Both the position numbers and the translations under genes were made by a program. Positions 31,877 to 46,300 of a stretch of DNA of 64,000 nt are shown here, piece by piece. Each line of letters begins with the position of its first letter. The stretch's first letter is position 1. The notes under the pieces are model-generated. The model did not search any database and was not told the DNA's origin. It saw only the letters and a program-made list of their open reading frames with translations. Source of the DNA: Amoebidium appalachense (lineage: Eukaryota; Protista; Ichthyosporea); assembly GCA_963693365.1 (NCBI GenBank), contig CAVNZM010000017.1, forward strand, positions 6,624,708 through 6,688,707, read 5' to 3'.

Positions 31877-33887
31877 ATGCGTGCGTGCATGCGTGCGTGC
31901 GTGCGTGTGTGCGTGCGTCCGTGTGCGCGCACGTGTGTGTGTGTGTATGTGTGTGTGTGTGTGCGCGCGCGCGCGCGCGCGCGCGTGTGTGCGCGTGTGT
32001 GCGTGTGTGTGTGTGTGTGTGTGCGTGCCTACACATCATGGGTAATGCTGTATGTGGGCTGGCGGGGCATGTATCTAGATGCCTGTGTGGGTGTCTGCGT
32101 GGAGTGTCACCTTAAATGCGTGTGCACACAATTGTGAGCAGTACTGAACGCCGTAAACACGCTTTCATGCGTGCTTGAAGGCCTAGGGGAGGCCGAGAGG
32201 GGGTTTTGCGCAAAGTTTTGCTTAGAGGAGGGGGGGGGGGGGGGGGGAGGGGAGGGGGGACGGAAGGCAGGGGGAGGGGGGAACTTACATGCCCATGACT
32301 CTAAAAGGAGGAATGGAGGTGGCAACGGAAAAGTGGGAGGGGGGGGGGGGGGGGGGGGGGGGAGGGGGGGGGGGAACGGACGGCGGTTCAAGTTGAACTC
32401 CTGCAGCGACTGTTTGTATGCAAGTGACTTTAGCTTGGGGATATATATCTTAGGGAAGAGCGGCCACGGGGCGGGGGGGAGGGGCGGGGAGGGGGGGGGG
32501 GGGAGGGGGGGGCTGCATTAGTAGACAGCATGAAAACACCTGTCATACAAGTGCATGTGCGCGCACGTGCACGCATCGCCTCACGTACGTAGTGGCTTCC
32601 GGCCCCACCCGGCGATGATACGCGTGTGGATGGCCGGATATCGATGCAGTGATGATCTGAATTGAAGGGCTTACATGTAATAGTTTACTTCTTTAAGTTA
32701 TGAAGTTTATGTTGTATTTTTAATTATTGTATTAGGGCAAGATTCCCATATACTTTATCTTTCCCCCTTCTCTTTCAAGGTTGCTTGGCCCGAAGCTTGT
32801 TCATGAGCCTGCGAGAGCTTGGTTGATCAGTCAGTTTGCACCACCTCGACTTATTTGTTCTTTCGATTGGCCAAATACGCACCAACATGCTCTTTTTGGC
32901 TATTTTTCTAGGCTCTGTTGTTCTCGAAAGCCTCAATCGACATTCACAACCGTTTGACTGGAGGAGCATAGAAGTACGAGTGGGCCAGTCAATAAAGGCC
33001 CCAAATGTCTATAGACGACGAGCATTCGTAGCTTTCATTATATCCGCATATTTATTACTGGAGTTTCTTTTATCTACATGCCAGTTGCGGTTTATCAGTT
33101 GCATTCCTATATACATGTAAGCTATGGGAATTTGCGAATTTGCCCATCTTGTCGGCAGCGGCAAGGCGGAAAGCAATACCCAGATGCACCAATCGTATGC
33201 CAGCACTGCGGTTGGCTCCAAATTCTTTCTAGATCCTGGGAATGCCGGAACGTGGCCATGGTTCTCAGGCCGGGCAAGGCTACTTCCAACCCACACGTCC
33301 ACACGAAAAACGAAACGAGAAACGAGAAAGACACACCAAGTAAAGCTGTGAAGAGACACGTAGAAGGGATAAAGACGGAGCTAGCTTTTTTACTTTTGTT
33401 ATGATTCACAAGTTCTGGGGAGCGTATGGCTTCATTTACACATATGATTTGCAGCGGGTCACGTACACGAAAAATACGAGTTTATCCACCCACATAACTT
33501 GAGCGTGCATACATGGCTGGCTCCGTTGGAAAGCCTGACCAGCCTGTAGCTCTTTTCATTTTTAATCCGTTTTGTAAACTAGAAAGTCCAGGTGTTAGTG
33601 ACTGTATGACTTGTTCAGCCACTTTTCTTCGAGTAAGAGTTTCTGTAAGAGCTACTAGCAATTACTAGTATACTACGTAGTAGTTATAATTAGGGTCAAA
33701 ACTTTCAATCATGCAAATGCAACTGAGTTCGGAACGCACATAGGTTACAACTCAGCTCAGCGAGTTTCAACATCCGAGCCTCAGGCATGTAACTGAATTT
33801 GGCACGTTCGTAAACTCACATGTGCTGCGAAACTTGGTTGAGAAAACAAGCTGTACATTCTCGTAAAAGTGTGTGAAAACGTGCAAA

Positions 33888-34460
33888 ATGACAGCAGTCG
33901 ACGCAGCAGCCGTTTGCCCTTGGGAGGAGGAGAAGGCGATTCCCTCCACAAAGGAGGCTATCACTATTGTCGTGCAGAAACTGAACGAAGACGTGTGTCC
34001 TTGGGAATACGAGGAAAAGATTCCGAGCAAGAGCCAAAAAGAGGTCGAGATGCAGGTTGCAAAGTTGAACTCGGTCGTTTGTCCGTGGGAGTATGAGCAA
34101 GACACCTCGAAGGGAGTCATTCAGGTGGAAATAACGCCGCTGGGGAAGAAACTCCCCGTTTCTAACGACGAGGTGTGTCCATGGGAGGAACCCACCGAGC
34201 CGTACACAGACGAAGTTCACATCCCCGCAAACGTTTCAGTCTCTCACGGGGATGTAACATTGAAGAAAAGTCACAGTTTGAACTCGGGCAAGTCGGGCAA
34301 GTCCGGAAAGTCCGGAACGAGTAAGTCGTCGCCGAACCACTCCAAGGGGTTTGGAATCTTCTCCAAAAGGTCTTTCAAGAAGATTATGCGGTCGGGCAAT
34401 CACCTGGACGAAGACAGAGTCTCGTTGAACTCTGGGCACTCCACAACGGATGAGAAGTGA
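33888..34460 (+). CDS. Small intronless protein (190 aa) with four VCPWE motifs
   Basis: Motifs AVCPWEEE, DVCPWEYE, VVCPWEYE and EVCPWEEP at about 27-32 aa spacing. The ATG at 33888 is preceded by an in-frame TAA at 33864. The C-terminus is Ser/Lys-rich (SGKSGKSGKSG). Confidence 0.8.
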   Translation: MTAVDAAAVCPWEEEKAIPSTKEAITIVVQKLNEDVCPWEYEEKIPSKSQKEVEMQVAKLNSVVCPWEYEQDTSKGVIQVEITPLGKKLPVSNDEVCPWEEPTEPYTDEVHIPANVSVSHGDVTLKKSHSLNSGKSGKSGKSGTSKSSPNHSKGFGIFSKRSFKKIMRSGNHLDEDRVSLNSGHSTTDEK

Positions 34461-35239
34461 GGAATGGTGTGAGGCCTGGGGGCATCCAACGACACTTACA
34501 GTATGTCAACCCATGCATTTGTGCTGGACTTTCATGAAACATAGTATATGATATAAATGTCATGCCCGCCTGTTAATTGCCGCTTATGCTACACATAGGA
34601 TTGCAAAAGACTTCTAGGATTTCAGTTATCGCACAAGTAAGTTCTACTGAGAGAGACTATTGTACTCGATTGTTGTGTTTAATTCATACGTGGCACAGTC
34701 AACCACACGTGTTAAGTAGGCCTAACACCATGGTTGCTTCCCGTGGTGTTAAAATGAAATGCTTGCTGCTGTCAAGCCATTGGTGGTTGTTCAGTCCCCT
34801 AGGTGTGTGTGTGTGTTTGTGTGTTGGGGGCGGGGGGCGGGGGGGGGGGGGGGGGGGGAGGGGGGGAGGGGAGAGTGCGGGAGAGGGGGGGGGGGGGGGA
34901 GAATTCGTTGTTACATAGAAATGTTGTTGTACTTTGGCGTTAGCTTTATCTGAATTGAAAATAATACATCTTAGTCATCGAGGCCTACCTATAGGTCACA
35001 TTACACAGCTCTTAGCGACCAATGCCTGAAACTGAAAACATCGATATCCGTAGTTAGACTTGGCCAGATGCACCTTTCTATCTACACAGACCATTAGTTC
35101 GACTAAGACTTGAACAGAGGTGGCTACTTCTTGTACTTGGTGACCTCCCCACGGTTACTGACTCTCTATAACTTGACTCATAAAAGCACAACCTGCAACT
35201 TGTGCTGCTTCGGCATGTACCATTGTCTGGCCCCCTGTC

Positions 35240-35284
<45 letters not shown>

Positions 35285-36085
35285 CCCCCCCCCCCCCCCC
35301 CCCCCCTCCCCTCCCCCCTCCACCCCCCACCCTCCCTCCCTTTCTCGTTCAGAATCTAATGATGGGCTCTGATCAAGTGTGTGCAGCACTGGTTAATTAG
35401 AACTTGACCTCCAACAATGGGTCTCAGTCCTCCCCCCCCCCCCCCCCCCCCCCCCCCCACCCCACCCCCTTCCGTAGAAACACACACACACACACACACA
35501 CACAGACTTTGAAATCGTGCCAAATTCAAGTTGCTGGTGTTCCCCATCCCCCCCCCCCCCCCCCCCCCCCCCCCCCTTCCCCCCTTAAAAAAAAAAAAAA
35601 AAAGGGGGGGGGGGGGGGGGGGGGGGGGTGCTACCACCAACCCTCACCGTAAATATTGCCTTATGCATGCACGAGGGGCTCATTCCATGATCACCAAATT
35701 CACCAAGAGAGCGAGCAAAATGCATTCAGGTCGTCTTACCACACACAATGCCGCAATCATGTGAGAGGCTCTGTCATGCACACACCGACATGTACACACC
35801 GTTTGACACCGCACCAGGTAGCTACACGTACAAACCTGATAGCTGCGCCCAACACACAGCGTCACACAATGCAACCCCCCCCCCCCCCCCCCCCCCCCCC
35901 TTCCACCTCCCACCCCAACCCTCATCACCACCCCCGCCACACACACACACCCACTGACACACACGCACACATACACAGTGACACGTTCGTGTGCACACAC
36001 ACATGCATGCACACCCACATACATGAAAACACGGCGTGCGCGTGTGTCACACACACACACACACACACACACACAAGCGCGCACG

Positions 36086-36116
<31 letters not shown>

Positions 36117-36125
36117 ACACATACA

Positions 36126-36174
<49 letters not shown>

Positions 36175-36242
36175 TATCACAGCATCGTACGTACACCCAG
36201 TGCTTGTAAAGACATACATACCCACCTCCCCCCCCCTCCCCT

Positions 36243-36283
<41 letters not shown>

Positions 36284-36687
36284 TCCCTGCCCACCATTCT
36301 GTATCGATACGAGATTAATGAATTACTTACGCTGGAGGGAACCCCCCCTCCCCCCCCCCCCCCCCCCCCCCCCCCGCGCCTTCTAGGGTCTCCTTTTCTA
36401 TTCAGCCTGCCTCTCAAGAGTTACTCTTCCCTAGAGGTGGCATTTCGATCGGCCCTCTGCAACCCCTTCTGCATCTCAAATTTCAACTTTTGAATGGGTG
36501 TGCCGGATACCGTGAATGGGTAACCGTTTAAACCGTTTCATTTGTAGGCCGCGCGGTCATGGCAGGGTCAACTTCAGGCAATGCCTCCGCAGGTGTACCC
36601 ATTTCTAAGTGGCACAAGCAGCCCCCTATTGAACTCATAAGCCCCACCAAATCCATCACATGATAACAGGCATTCAGATTGATTCAT

Positions 36688-36736
<49 letters not shown>

Positions 36737-37174
36737 ACACACACAAGGCAAACCTTTCCGGAAATTTGTTCTGAAAAAGCCATATAATAGCTCGAGAAGC
36801 AAATTACCGAATAAGACTAGGCTTCACGGTTGACGGGTCCCGGAGGGAGCAGGGGAAGGGTAGTGGTGGTGGAGGTGGTAGTGGGGGATGCAGCTGGGAT
36901 GGGGGGAAGGGGGGGAGAGGGGAGGGGGGGAAGGGGGGGGGGGGGGGGTTACAACTTGGATCATGCTTACGTCCCAAGGCCAAAGACAGTTGCTGACGTC
37001 ATAGATTCTTCTACCACCTCTTCGTCCCCTCACCTTAACAACCCCCTCACCCTCCTCTCCCGCCCCCCTCTCCCCCCTTCTCCCCCTCCCCTCCCACCTC
37101 TAACACCTCCTTCCCCTCCCCCCCCCGGTACCCCCCCCCCCCCCTTTATCCTTAAACCCTCTGATGAAACCTCG

Positions 37175-37251
37175 TGCACTGACCACCCATTCGCCGTCCA
37201 ATCGACCTTTACACACAAACATAGTAATACACACACACACACGCGCGCGCG

Positions 37252-37316
<65 letters not shown>

Positions 37317-37521
37317 GCACGCGCGCACACACACACACTTGCACACACACACACACGCACACACGCACGCACACACGCACACACACACACACACACACAC
37401 GCTTTCACACACAAACACACGCACACACATGCACACACACACGCACACGCACACGCACGCACACACGCACACACGCACGCACGCACACAGTCACAAACAG
37501 AAGTGCACACACACACACACG

Positions 37522-37557
<36 letters not shown>

Positions 37558-37571
37558 TCCCCACCGTTCAC

Positions 37572-37648
<77 letters not shown>

Positions 37649-37729
37649 CACACATAAGTACGCACAAACGGACGCAGGCACATATGCACACATCCGCATT
37701 CCCACACGGGCCCGCACGTGCTCGCGCGT

Positions 37730-37801
<72 letters not shown>

Positions 37802-38610
37802 CGACATACACGGACGTGGCATGCGCGTGCGCGCATTCGCACGCGCGTGCGCATGCACACACCATGGTATTACTACTGAAATTCAAGTGTGTTCCGTCGA
37901 TGAGTTACATATTTTACATCAAAAGGGGAATACTGCATAATGCGTAACTTAAGGTAAAACTCGTTATGCCACACTTAAACTAGGAAGGCCAACTGATGAA
38001 AATCATGAATGCTATCATACACATGTACACGTGCATGGGTACGGACCTGTGCTATCCTCATGTTCCTGAAGGACGCCCAGGCTGCATCTCGGCAATCCAG
38101 GCACATGTCCACAACTTGTCAACATAATATATGACGCATTAATAGGGCCATGCTTTGTTTATAATTGTGTCAGGCGCTTCCTTGCGGGCAGGGGTGCGGG
38201 GCACCCAACTGCCGGTGGGGAACTGAGCCTCATATCATCATGGACACCAGAACAGTGTGTGTCGTTACTTGTGTAGAAAGGATTTATTCGTGAAACAACA
38301 GTCACACGCAAGAGAAAGCAACCAGGGTGTAGCTACGATTGAGTGTGGCCACCTGCACAGGACAACTCGGGAAAATTTCACCAAAAGGAAGAAGTCAAAT
38401 TTGGCTTTTACCCGCCTTTAGTTTCGGCTGACCTGCGAGCGTCTCAGAAAAAAATGGGGAAAAAAAAGAAGAATAAAAAAAAGATTTAGAAAACAAAAAG
38501 ATTATCCGGAGACCCAAGTCTCTCCACAATGACGTGCATATATGCACTCTTGCCTCTTGGCATGCTTTCACTATATTAATGGGCTCCATACACAACACAT
38601 TGCTTGTGTC
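37175..38610 (+). repeat. Old diverged direct duplication, copy 1 (partner 45328-46300)
   Basis: Collinear shared anchors: CACTG.CCACC..CCAA.CGACCTTT, (CA)n, GTCGATGAGTTAC, GGGGAATACTGCAT, AAGGCCAAC, ATCCAGGCAC, TTCACCAAAAGGAAGAAGTCAAATTTGG, TTTCGGCTGACCTGCGAGCGTCTCA, GGGCTCCATACACAAC. Confidence 0.85.
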
Positions 38611-38954
38611 CCCCCCTTTGCGGCGCTCAACCCGATGGTACTTGCACTACTACGCACAGGTACACTTATATTTGCTCTAGCTAAAGCCTCTAGATTTGGC
38701 AGCTCTTAATAATTTAATAAGGCCTACAACATTGACACACGAGCTTACAATGTTATAAGAGCATATTCATAACGAATGATCGGGCGCACACGGCTGATCG
38801 GGCACGCCTTTCACACATGTGTACCCGCGGCCGCGGCCGGGCTCATGCACTATGATGATACATAGAAGACTAATAGTAATTATGTTAGGGCCGCACAATG
38901 TGACACACACACACACACACATGTGTGTGCCCACACATAAACACACAAACACAT

Positions 38955-38994
<40 letters not shown>

Positions 38995-39471
38995 ACTTGC
39001 ACACACATGTACACACATGCAAATCATGAAATAAGCAAATACAGCGTGTCTGCCCGCCTTGAATAAAGGAGGAAAAAAATTCAAACTGGCAATCCAAAAA
39101 CAACCACCCTCTTTCGTTGAACTTCGAGAGCTGGTTGCCTGAGTGGTTGTGCGGATTGGTGCGGATCGGAACTTCGGAAGCGGCCCAAGCGGCCCAGGTC
39201 AGGCTAGCTGGTCAGGCTGCGGGGCCGGGCCGGCTGCGGGGGTTTTGGCGCGAAGGATGGTGCGCCCTCGGCCAATGGCTGAAAACCTCTGTGCGCCGTT
39301 TTCTTTTCTTGTTGGAGGGCTTCATGAGCCCGAGGCTATGTATGCACCCGCTGGCTTAATAATATTAGTTGTAAGTGGCCGGGCACTACTACGCCGGCAA
39401 CATACAAGGTATGCTAAGCCGGGTTGCAAGGAGACAGTCACTCAAAGTGACTAATGGAGGGCGGGGGGGGG

Positions 39472-41220
39472 TGTTAATTTGGCACGACGAGCAACAGCAC
39501 AGCCAGGTTCTGGGCAAGATGTGATGTGGTGGGGTTCATGGCAGTAGGAACACTCCACTCTCTTGTTGTTGTGCTGTCGGTTACGGTTGTCCCTGTTACC
39601 ACGGGGGTAAGGGGAAATTGAACGGGGGCCGGGTGACTTGGAAGACGGACGATGATGACGGGGACGAGACGGGGAGCGGTTAGGTGTACTCTCACGGCGA
39701 GGGATACGGTTACGGAGGTCACCGGGCGGGAGTATTCTGCTCTGAAGTGCTCGAAGGGGACGGTTGTTGACGGTTGCACCAGTGCCTGCGTCGATGAGGC
39801 CGGCACGGATCTCAGCTCCGCGGATGTCGCTGATGAGCTGGTTGAAGGAGGGGTAATTCTTGTTGTTCATCCAGTAGTCGGAGCAAAGACGTTCAATGTC
39901 AGTGCAGAATAGGGCGGTGTTCTTGCGTAGGTGAAGGAAGAACTTGCGCACGACATCCTTGTGTTGGACGGGCTCGTCTAGGCAGGCAAGGGTCGTAGCC
40001 AGACGTTGGAGGCGGGTGAGGTACGCTGTGACGTTGGGGAAGTCTCGTAGTTCAAGCTCCTCGTAGGTGACTTGAATTTGAGTGACGCGAGCCTCCTTCT
40101 CTGCCACATAAGCCATACGCAGGTTATGGAAGACTTCTCCACCGTGAACACCGTCTTGCATGCGGCCAGAGTCGTAGAGCTCTATAGGATGAACGGATTG
40201 GTTGAGAATTTGGTCGAGGACGTCGGAAGCTTTCTTGTAGGCGTCCTTGGTGCCGTAGCCTTGCCACTGGTTGGCGTCGGAGCCGTCAACCCACTGTGGT
40301 GCCTTGATGGCGTCAACGAATTTCTCGGCAATGGTGGTTCGGATGAAGCGGTGGATGAGGGGCTCCCATTCGAAGTAGTTGAGGCGCTTGTCGTCTTTCT
40401 TCTAGGACAGATTCCATTGTGGAAGGTTGATGTACGATGGTTTGTCAGTCATGGTTGAAGCAGTATGTACGGAGGAATTACGCGGTTGTAACGAGATTGT
40501 GTGTTAGCGTGCAAAGGGGCCGTAAACCTGTTAATTTGTGTGGGTTTAACGGAGAAGCGGAGTGCACAGATGGGTGTTATGATATACACAACACACGGAC
40601 ACACGGGAGAAACACAACCGGAGAGGTGGAACGATTTCTGGGACCATATGAAATGATTTCAACTGCTTGATATTTATTTCAAGATGAAGTTCCTTTTATA
40701 CTCAGGAATGTGAAATCGATAAGGCTTAGCCAATCAAAAGAACGAAAACTCTTTTATCCAATCAGAAAGACGAAAACTATGAGGGTAAAATAAATCGATC
40801 GAAATGCCTGTCGACACATAGAAGATAAATCGCAATCTTCTAATGAAAGTAATCCTAATAGTTGGGGAGCAGAGAGCAATTCTACATCGTGGGAAAAGAA
40901 GGAAAAGGAATGAGGATAGAAAGGAATGGAATGGGAAAGGAAACGAGTAGAATGAAGGAGGAATGTAGGTTACTATATTTGGGAAAATACAACGAGATCT
41001 GATTGGACAACTTATTTAGACATTGACGCAAACAACATTACATGTGCGCGGCTAAATGGCTCGATGTGTACACAGATTAAAGATATCTGTGCACACGGAA
41101 ACGGAAAGGAAAGAAAGGAAGGAAGAAAGGAAAAGGGAAAAGGAAACGAACAACAACAAACTAATAAACATGTATATAACTCAACTTCTAAGTCTTGCCG
41201 TTAATCATGGGTAGATGACA
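39472..41220 (-). mobile_element. Internally deleted Ty1/Copia element: 5' LTR (41220-40529), PBS, gag, 10-bp remnant of the 3' LTR end
   Basis: The LTR reads TGTCATCT...TTAACA on the minus strand. It is followed by GGTTTACGGCCC, which resembles the copia half-tRNAiMet PBS GGTTATGGGCCC. TGTTAATTTG at 39472 equals the LTR end at 40529. GGGGG flanks both ends (candidate 5-bp TSD, low complexity). Confidence 0.8.
39478..40452 (-). pseudogene. Copia-type gag with a zinc knuckle and a premature stop
   Basis: The ATG at 40452 (MTDKPSYINLPQWNLS*KKDD..YFEW) is in frame with ORF 40161-39451, with TAG at codon 17. Contains a gag-like segment (NVTAYLTRLQRLATTL..LDEPV..KDVVRKF) and the CX2CX4HX4C knuckle CSYCHEPHHITSC. 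No pol. Confidence 0.85.
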
Positions 41221-42363
41221 GGGGGGGCAATGGAGGGCTACACTGGGCTACATATGATCCTATCAGATCTCTAGACTTGAGTGTCGGGGATTTACGCCAA
41301 TCCGGATATTCAATCCGACCGTATGCGACATCGAAATGTGATGGGAATATGAATTTGAACACGGATGAAAATCGGATGGGGGACGGATGGTCACAGCTTT
41401 CGTTGACTAGAACTATGTTTTGAACAAGGAAAAGACTGAGGACGCCAGGTCCCGGAAGCCACATTTCCATCGTGATGTTTATTGATCTGGGGGGCTTCCG
41501 TGTCTGGGGTGACTCGATGTATAATCTACGTCACATGTTAAGCGCACAAGTCTTAGAGAAGGATAGTGTGTGTCCTCACACATGGATAAGGCTAGTACGT
41601 GGGTGCAAACATATAAGCATGTGGATGCATACTAGGGGTAGGGGGGGGCGTCACAGTGTATACGTCAGGGACAGGCAAACCTCCAAGCCATCCCCTAACC
41701 ACACGTGGGCGGGCTGCAGTGCCTCTGAGGATGACCTCACGTGGGTACAAAACATAAAAGCAAAACATGTAAGCAGAGGCGAGCAAGAGCGAGAAGCAGA
41801 CATAGATCTTCCGGATGTACATGTTGATATATATCGTGATCATTGGCCCATATACACGTAGTTTGCGCAAACGACGGCTGTTTAGACTAAAGGAAAACAC
41901 ACGACTCTAGTAATCGTCAGGTAGTGATCTTAGCCACCGTGTGGGCACAAGCAAACTCCGAGACTCACACCCTCCGGCAAACGTGTGCTGGGCTTAGTGT
42001 CTGGCCGGCACCCATTATGCGGGATTAGCAGCACACGGGGGTGGCGTTTCTCGTGCTTTACTTATACGCACAAAGTATCAGGACCAAAACTTGCCGATCA
42101 CTGTGGTCGTGTGTGGAAAATGGGAAAAGATGATGCGCTCATGAGAAATGGGCTGGTGTGAAAACCGAGTTGTTCAAAAACCGAGTTGTGTGTGCTACAA
42201 TATGGGTTTTATTTGTGGAATTTATTGACATAAATATTTTTCTGGGTAAACACGTAGGATGGGTGTTCGGTATCAACATAACCATGTAGGCTTCGTTTCG
42301 TACAAAACCTTTGCATAAATCAACCGCCCATCCCCCCCCCCCCCCCCCCCCCCCCCCCCTTCT

Positions 42364-43070
42364 TGTTATTTTGTGTGGGTAAACGGAGAAGCAGAGAGCA
42401 CAGATGGGTGTTATGTAAAACACAACACAAAGACACACGGGAAAAACACAACCGGAGAGGAGGAACGATTTCTGGAACCATAGGAAGTGAATACGACTGC
42501 TTGTGATTTATTTCAAGATGAGGTCCCTTTTATACATGGGAATGTGAAACGATAAACCAATCAAAAGAATGAAGACTATGAGTGTAAAATATATCGAATA
42601 AAATGTCTGTCGACATTTAGAATATAAAACTCAATCCTCTAATGAAAGAAACTTCTAATAAAAGCACGGAAACATTTAATAAAATGAAACCACTTATGTA
42701 ACTATTAATTCATAACATATATTTATACATGTTCTTATCATAACACGTCTAAATATAATTATTCCTAATAGTTGAAGAACATAGCACAATGCTACGTCGT
42801 GGGAAAGGAATGAGAAGGAATGTAAGTTACTATATTTGGGAAAATACAAACGAGATATGATTGGATGACATATATAGATTTTGACGCAAACGACAATACG
42901 TGTGCGCGAGCTAAGTATGTCGATACGTACACAGATCTAAGATGTCGTGTACACGGAAACGGAAAAGAAAGAAAGAAATGAAGAAAGGAAAAGGAAACAA
43001 ACTACAACAACTAATAAATAAATATCAAACTCAACTTCTAAGTCTTGCTGAGAATTAAGTGAAGATGACA
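42364..43070 (-). mobile_element. Copia-family solo LTR (707 bp) with a 5-bp TSD CTTCT
   Basis: Collinear with LTR 40529-41220. Reads TGTCATCT...ATAACA on the minus strand. CTTCT occurs at 42359-42363 and 43071-43075. Confidence 0.9.
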
Positions 43071-43179
43071 CTTCTCCCCAATAAATGCTAACAAACACAT
43101 CTTCTGTGTTTAGCACCTACAGCCTTACAGCTATTATAATTTCTTTTCATTCTCCCTATCTTTCCCTACGCCGGTCAGC

Positions 43180-44310
43180 ATGCCGCCGAAAAGCGCCAGG
43201 CCTCAGCCACCGCCCCTGCCGCCGCGGCACCTAAGCGCCTGACCCGCAGCGACCTCCGCCACAGGCTGACCAACGCTCCCGCGGGCACTGACGCGCCTCC
43301 GGAGGCCCATACCACCACGGACCCTCCGGCTACTCTCCCCTCTACTCCTGAAGTCCCTCCTCAGGCCCCGCCGTCCCCGCCGATGACTTCTCAGGACGCC
43401 GTCCTTGCCGCCCTCACCGCCCTCAGCACCCAGATGGCCGGCGTCCTGGCCGCTCTCACCAACCGCGACCCTCCCGCGCCCCCAGCCGCGCCCTCCGCAC
43501 CCGGGGAGGTTTCCCCGGGGCTGCATCTCGGCCCTGACCTGGACCTACCTGCCCTGCCCGCGCCCCCCATTACAGCTGAGAACACTGGCGACATCCAAAG
43601 TACGTCCTTGTCTGTGGGGAGATTGAGGCGCGCCAATCGTTTCGTCGACCTGTATAAGTTCACCCCCGCAGCCCTCCTGGCCCCATATCCAAGAAAGGTC
43701 AGCAGCTGCGCATGGCCGACGACGGCAGCATCGAGACTTTTCGCAATGACAAACCCGTTGCCCTGAGTTCCCTCGTCATTTGGATCCAAGCTTGGACCCA
43801 TTACATGGCCGCCTCAATCTCCCCACAGACAAGGACGTACTTTGGACTCAGCACATCACTCGCCTCAGCACCCGATACCCGTGGGCCCAGATCCAAAACT
43901 ACGACGTGTACGCCCGTACACTTGCCCACCAGCAGGGTCGGGCTCCGATCGAGTGTCCCAACCTGCTCGCCCAACTCCACCAGGATCTCCTCCTGCCACC
44001 CACTCTGCTCATCCCGGACGCATGTCAGCGCTGTGGCTTCCCCGACCACCCCAGCGCGGCCTGCCCCATGTACCCCAAGCCCGGCTGTGGTCTTGATGGC
44101 TTCAAGCCGCCCCACAAGCCCGGTGGGGGACAAACCCCCAACCGCCCTGGCCCGCAACCCGGCCCGGCAAAACCGGCCGGCCCCGACCCGTGGATCTACC
44201 CGCGACGCACTGCAGGAATTTCCTGCGCTAAGCAGCCCTGCCCCTTCTCCCACGTGTGCCCGCTCTGCTCTGGCACACACCTCCGCAAAGACTGCAAGCA
44301 CAATGCCTAG
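43180..44310 (+). pseudogene. Frameshifted gag-like ORF1 of a tyrosine-recombinase retrotransposon (Ngaro/DIRS-like)
   Basis: Segments in different frames join into: Pro-rich N-terminus, RFVDLYKF, WIQAWTHY, ITRLSTRYPWAQIQNYDVYAR, CQRCGFPDHPSAAC and C-terminal C..PCPFSHVCPLCSGTHLRKDC. No RT or YR follows. Confidence 0.7.
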
Positions 44311-45327
44311 TCTACGCGCACACCCACACACACAGATAGAACATAGGGGCTAGGAGCTAGGATACACGGGTACAAGGAAACGGAGCTCGGGAGAGCGGGC
44401 CACTAGAGCTGAGTACAAATTTTCGCAGGCCAACTACGGCGCCCGCGCGCGCCAAGAATAAATGTCCCTACACAAAGACGTTATTCTGGCCCCAGGGGGC
44501 CTGCACATATTTTTACTCCCCCCCCATCCCACGAGCCTCCCCCCCCCCCCCCCCCCCCCCCCCTTACACACACCTAGCACTCCCCCCCCCCCTTCTTCTA
44601 ACTAACTCTTGTGTCCGCCCACACCCCCGCGTGCTCGGGCATCCCCTGCACAGGGCCCCGCTGCCCTCCCTGCAAACCCTCCCTCGGGCCCAGCTGCCTC
44701 CACTGTGACACACACCGGCCCTTGCATGACGTCTATCCCGCAAACCAAGTTATAGCCGGTGCACATGTAGATACAGGAAGTTCCAAACGATAAGCCAATA
44801 TGAACTCACGCTCGAATATCACATTTGGGCATGCTGATAATGGCCAACCCTCCATATCATGAATATGGGGGGATGTGAGTGATTAATACATAGCTTATTG
44901 TGGCGGTGGTGCTAGACTGGTTGCGTGTAGATTGTGGTGGTGATAATATCAGGGTGAAGGACCTGGTGAACCTAGGTTGAAAATTTCAAATTCGTTGGCA
45001 CGTGTACATGTACCGAGTGGAGGTGATGGTTGGGAGTTGCAGAGACTGAATTATTTTGGCATTATGCAACATTACAAAATAATATTGGACTTGTAACACA
45101 AAATTTGATACATCGTGGGACATGACGTTAGAACCGTCTTTGCTATTATATTATAGATACTTTATTTTAGCCTTCAGGGCCATATGTTGTACTGAGATGT
45201 TCCGTTGTGTATATGAACAATCGCTCTCCAATTGTTGGAATCGTTGGCTCCAGCTGGCCAACAAAGTGACTTGCTCACCTACATACATGCATCCCCCATC
45301 CCCCCCCCCCCCCCCCCCCCCCCCATT

Positions 45328-46300
<973 letters not shown>

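Noticed and set aside
33078-33404. ORF with CPSC..CQHC zinc-ribbon-like pairs
   Set aside because: Short, overlapped by equally long ORFs in other frames, and without further support.
35368-35382. GATCAAGTGT resembling U2 snRNA
   Set aside because: Only 10 nt match; the rest of U2, including the GTAGTA branch-pairing sequence and Sm site, is absent.
37160-37180. Isolated CTGATGA motifs (also near 7157, 37993 and 54899) as canonical hammerheads
   Set aside because: No stem II, GAAA and stem III arrangement follows any of them.
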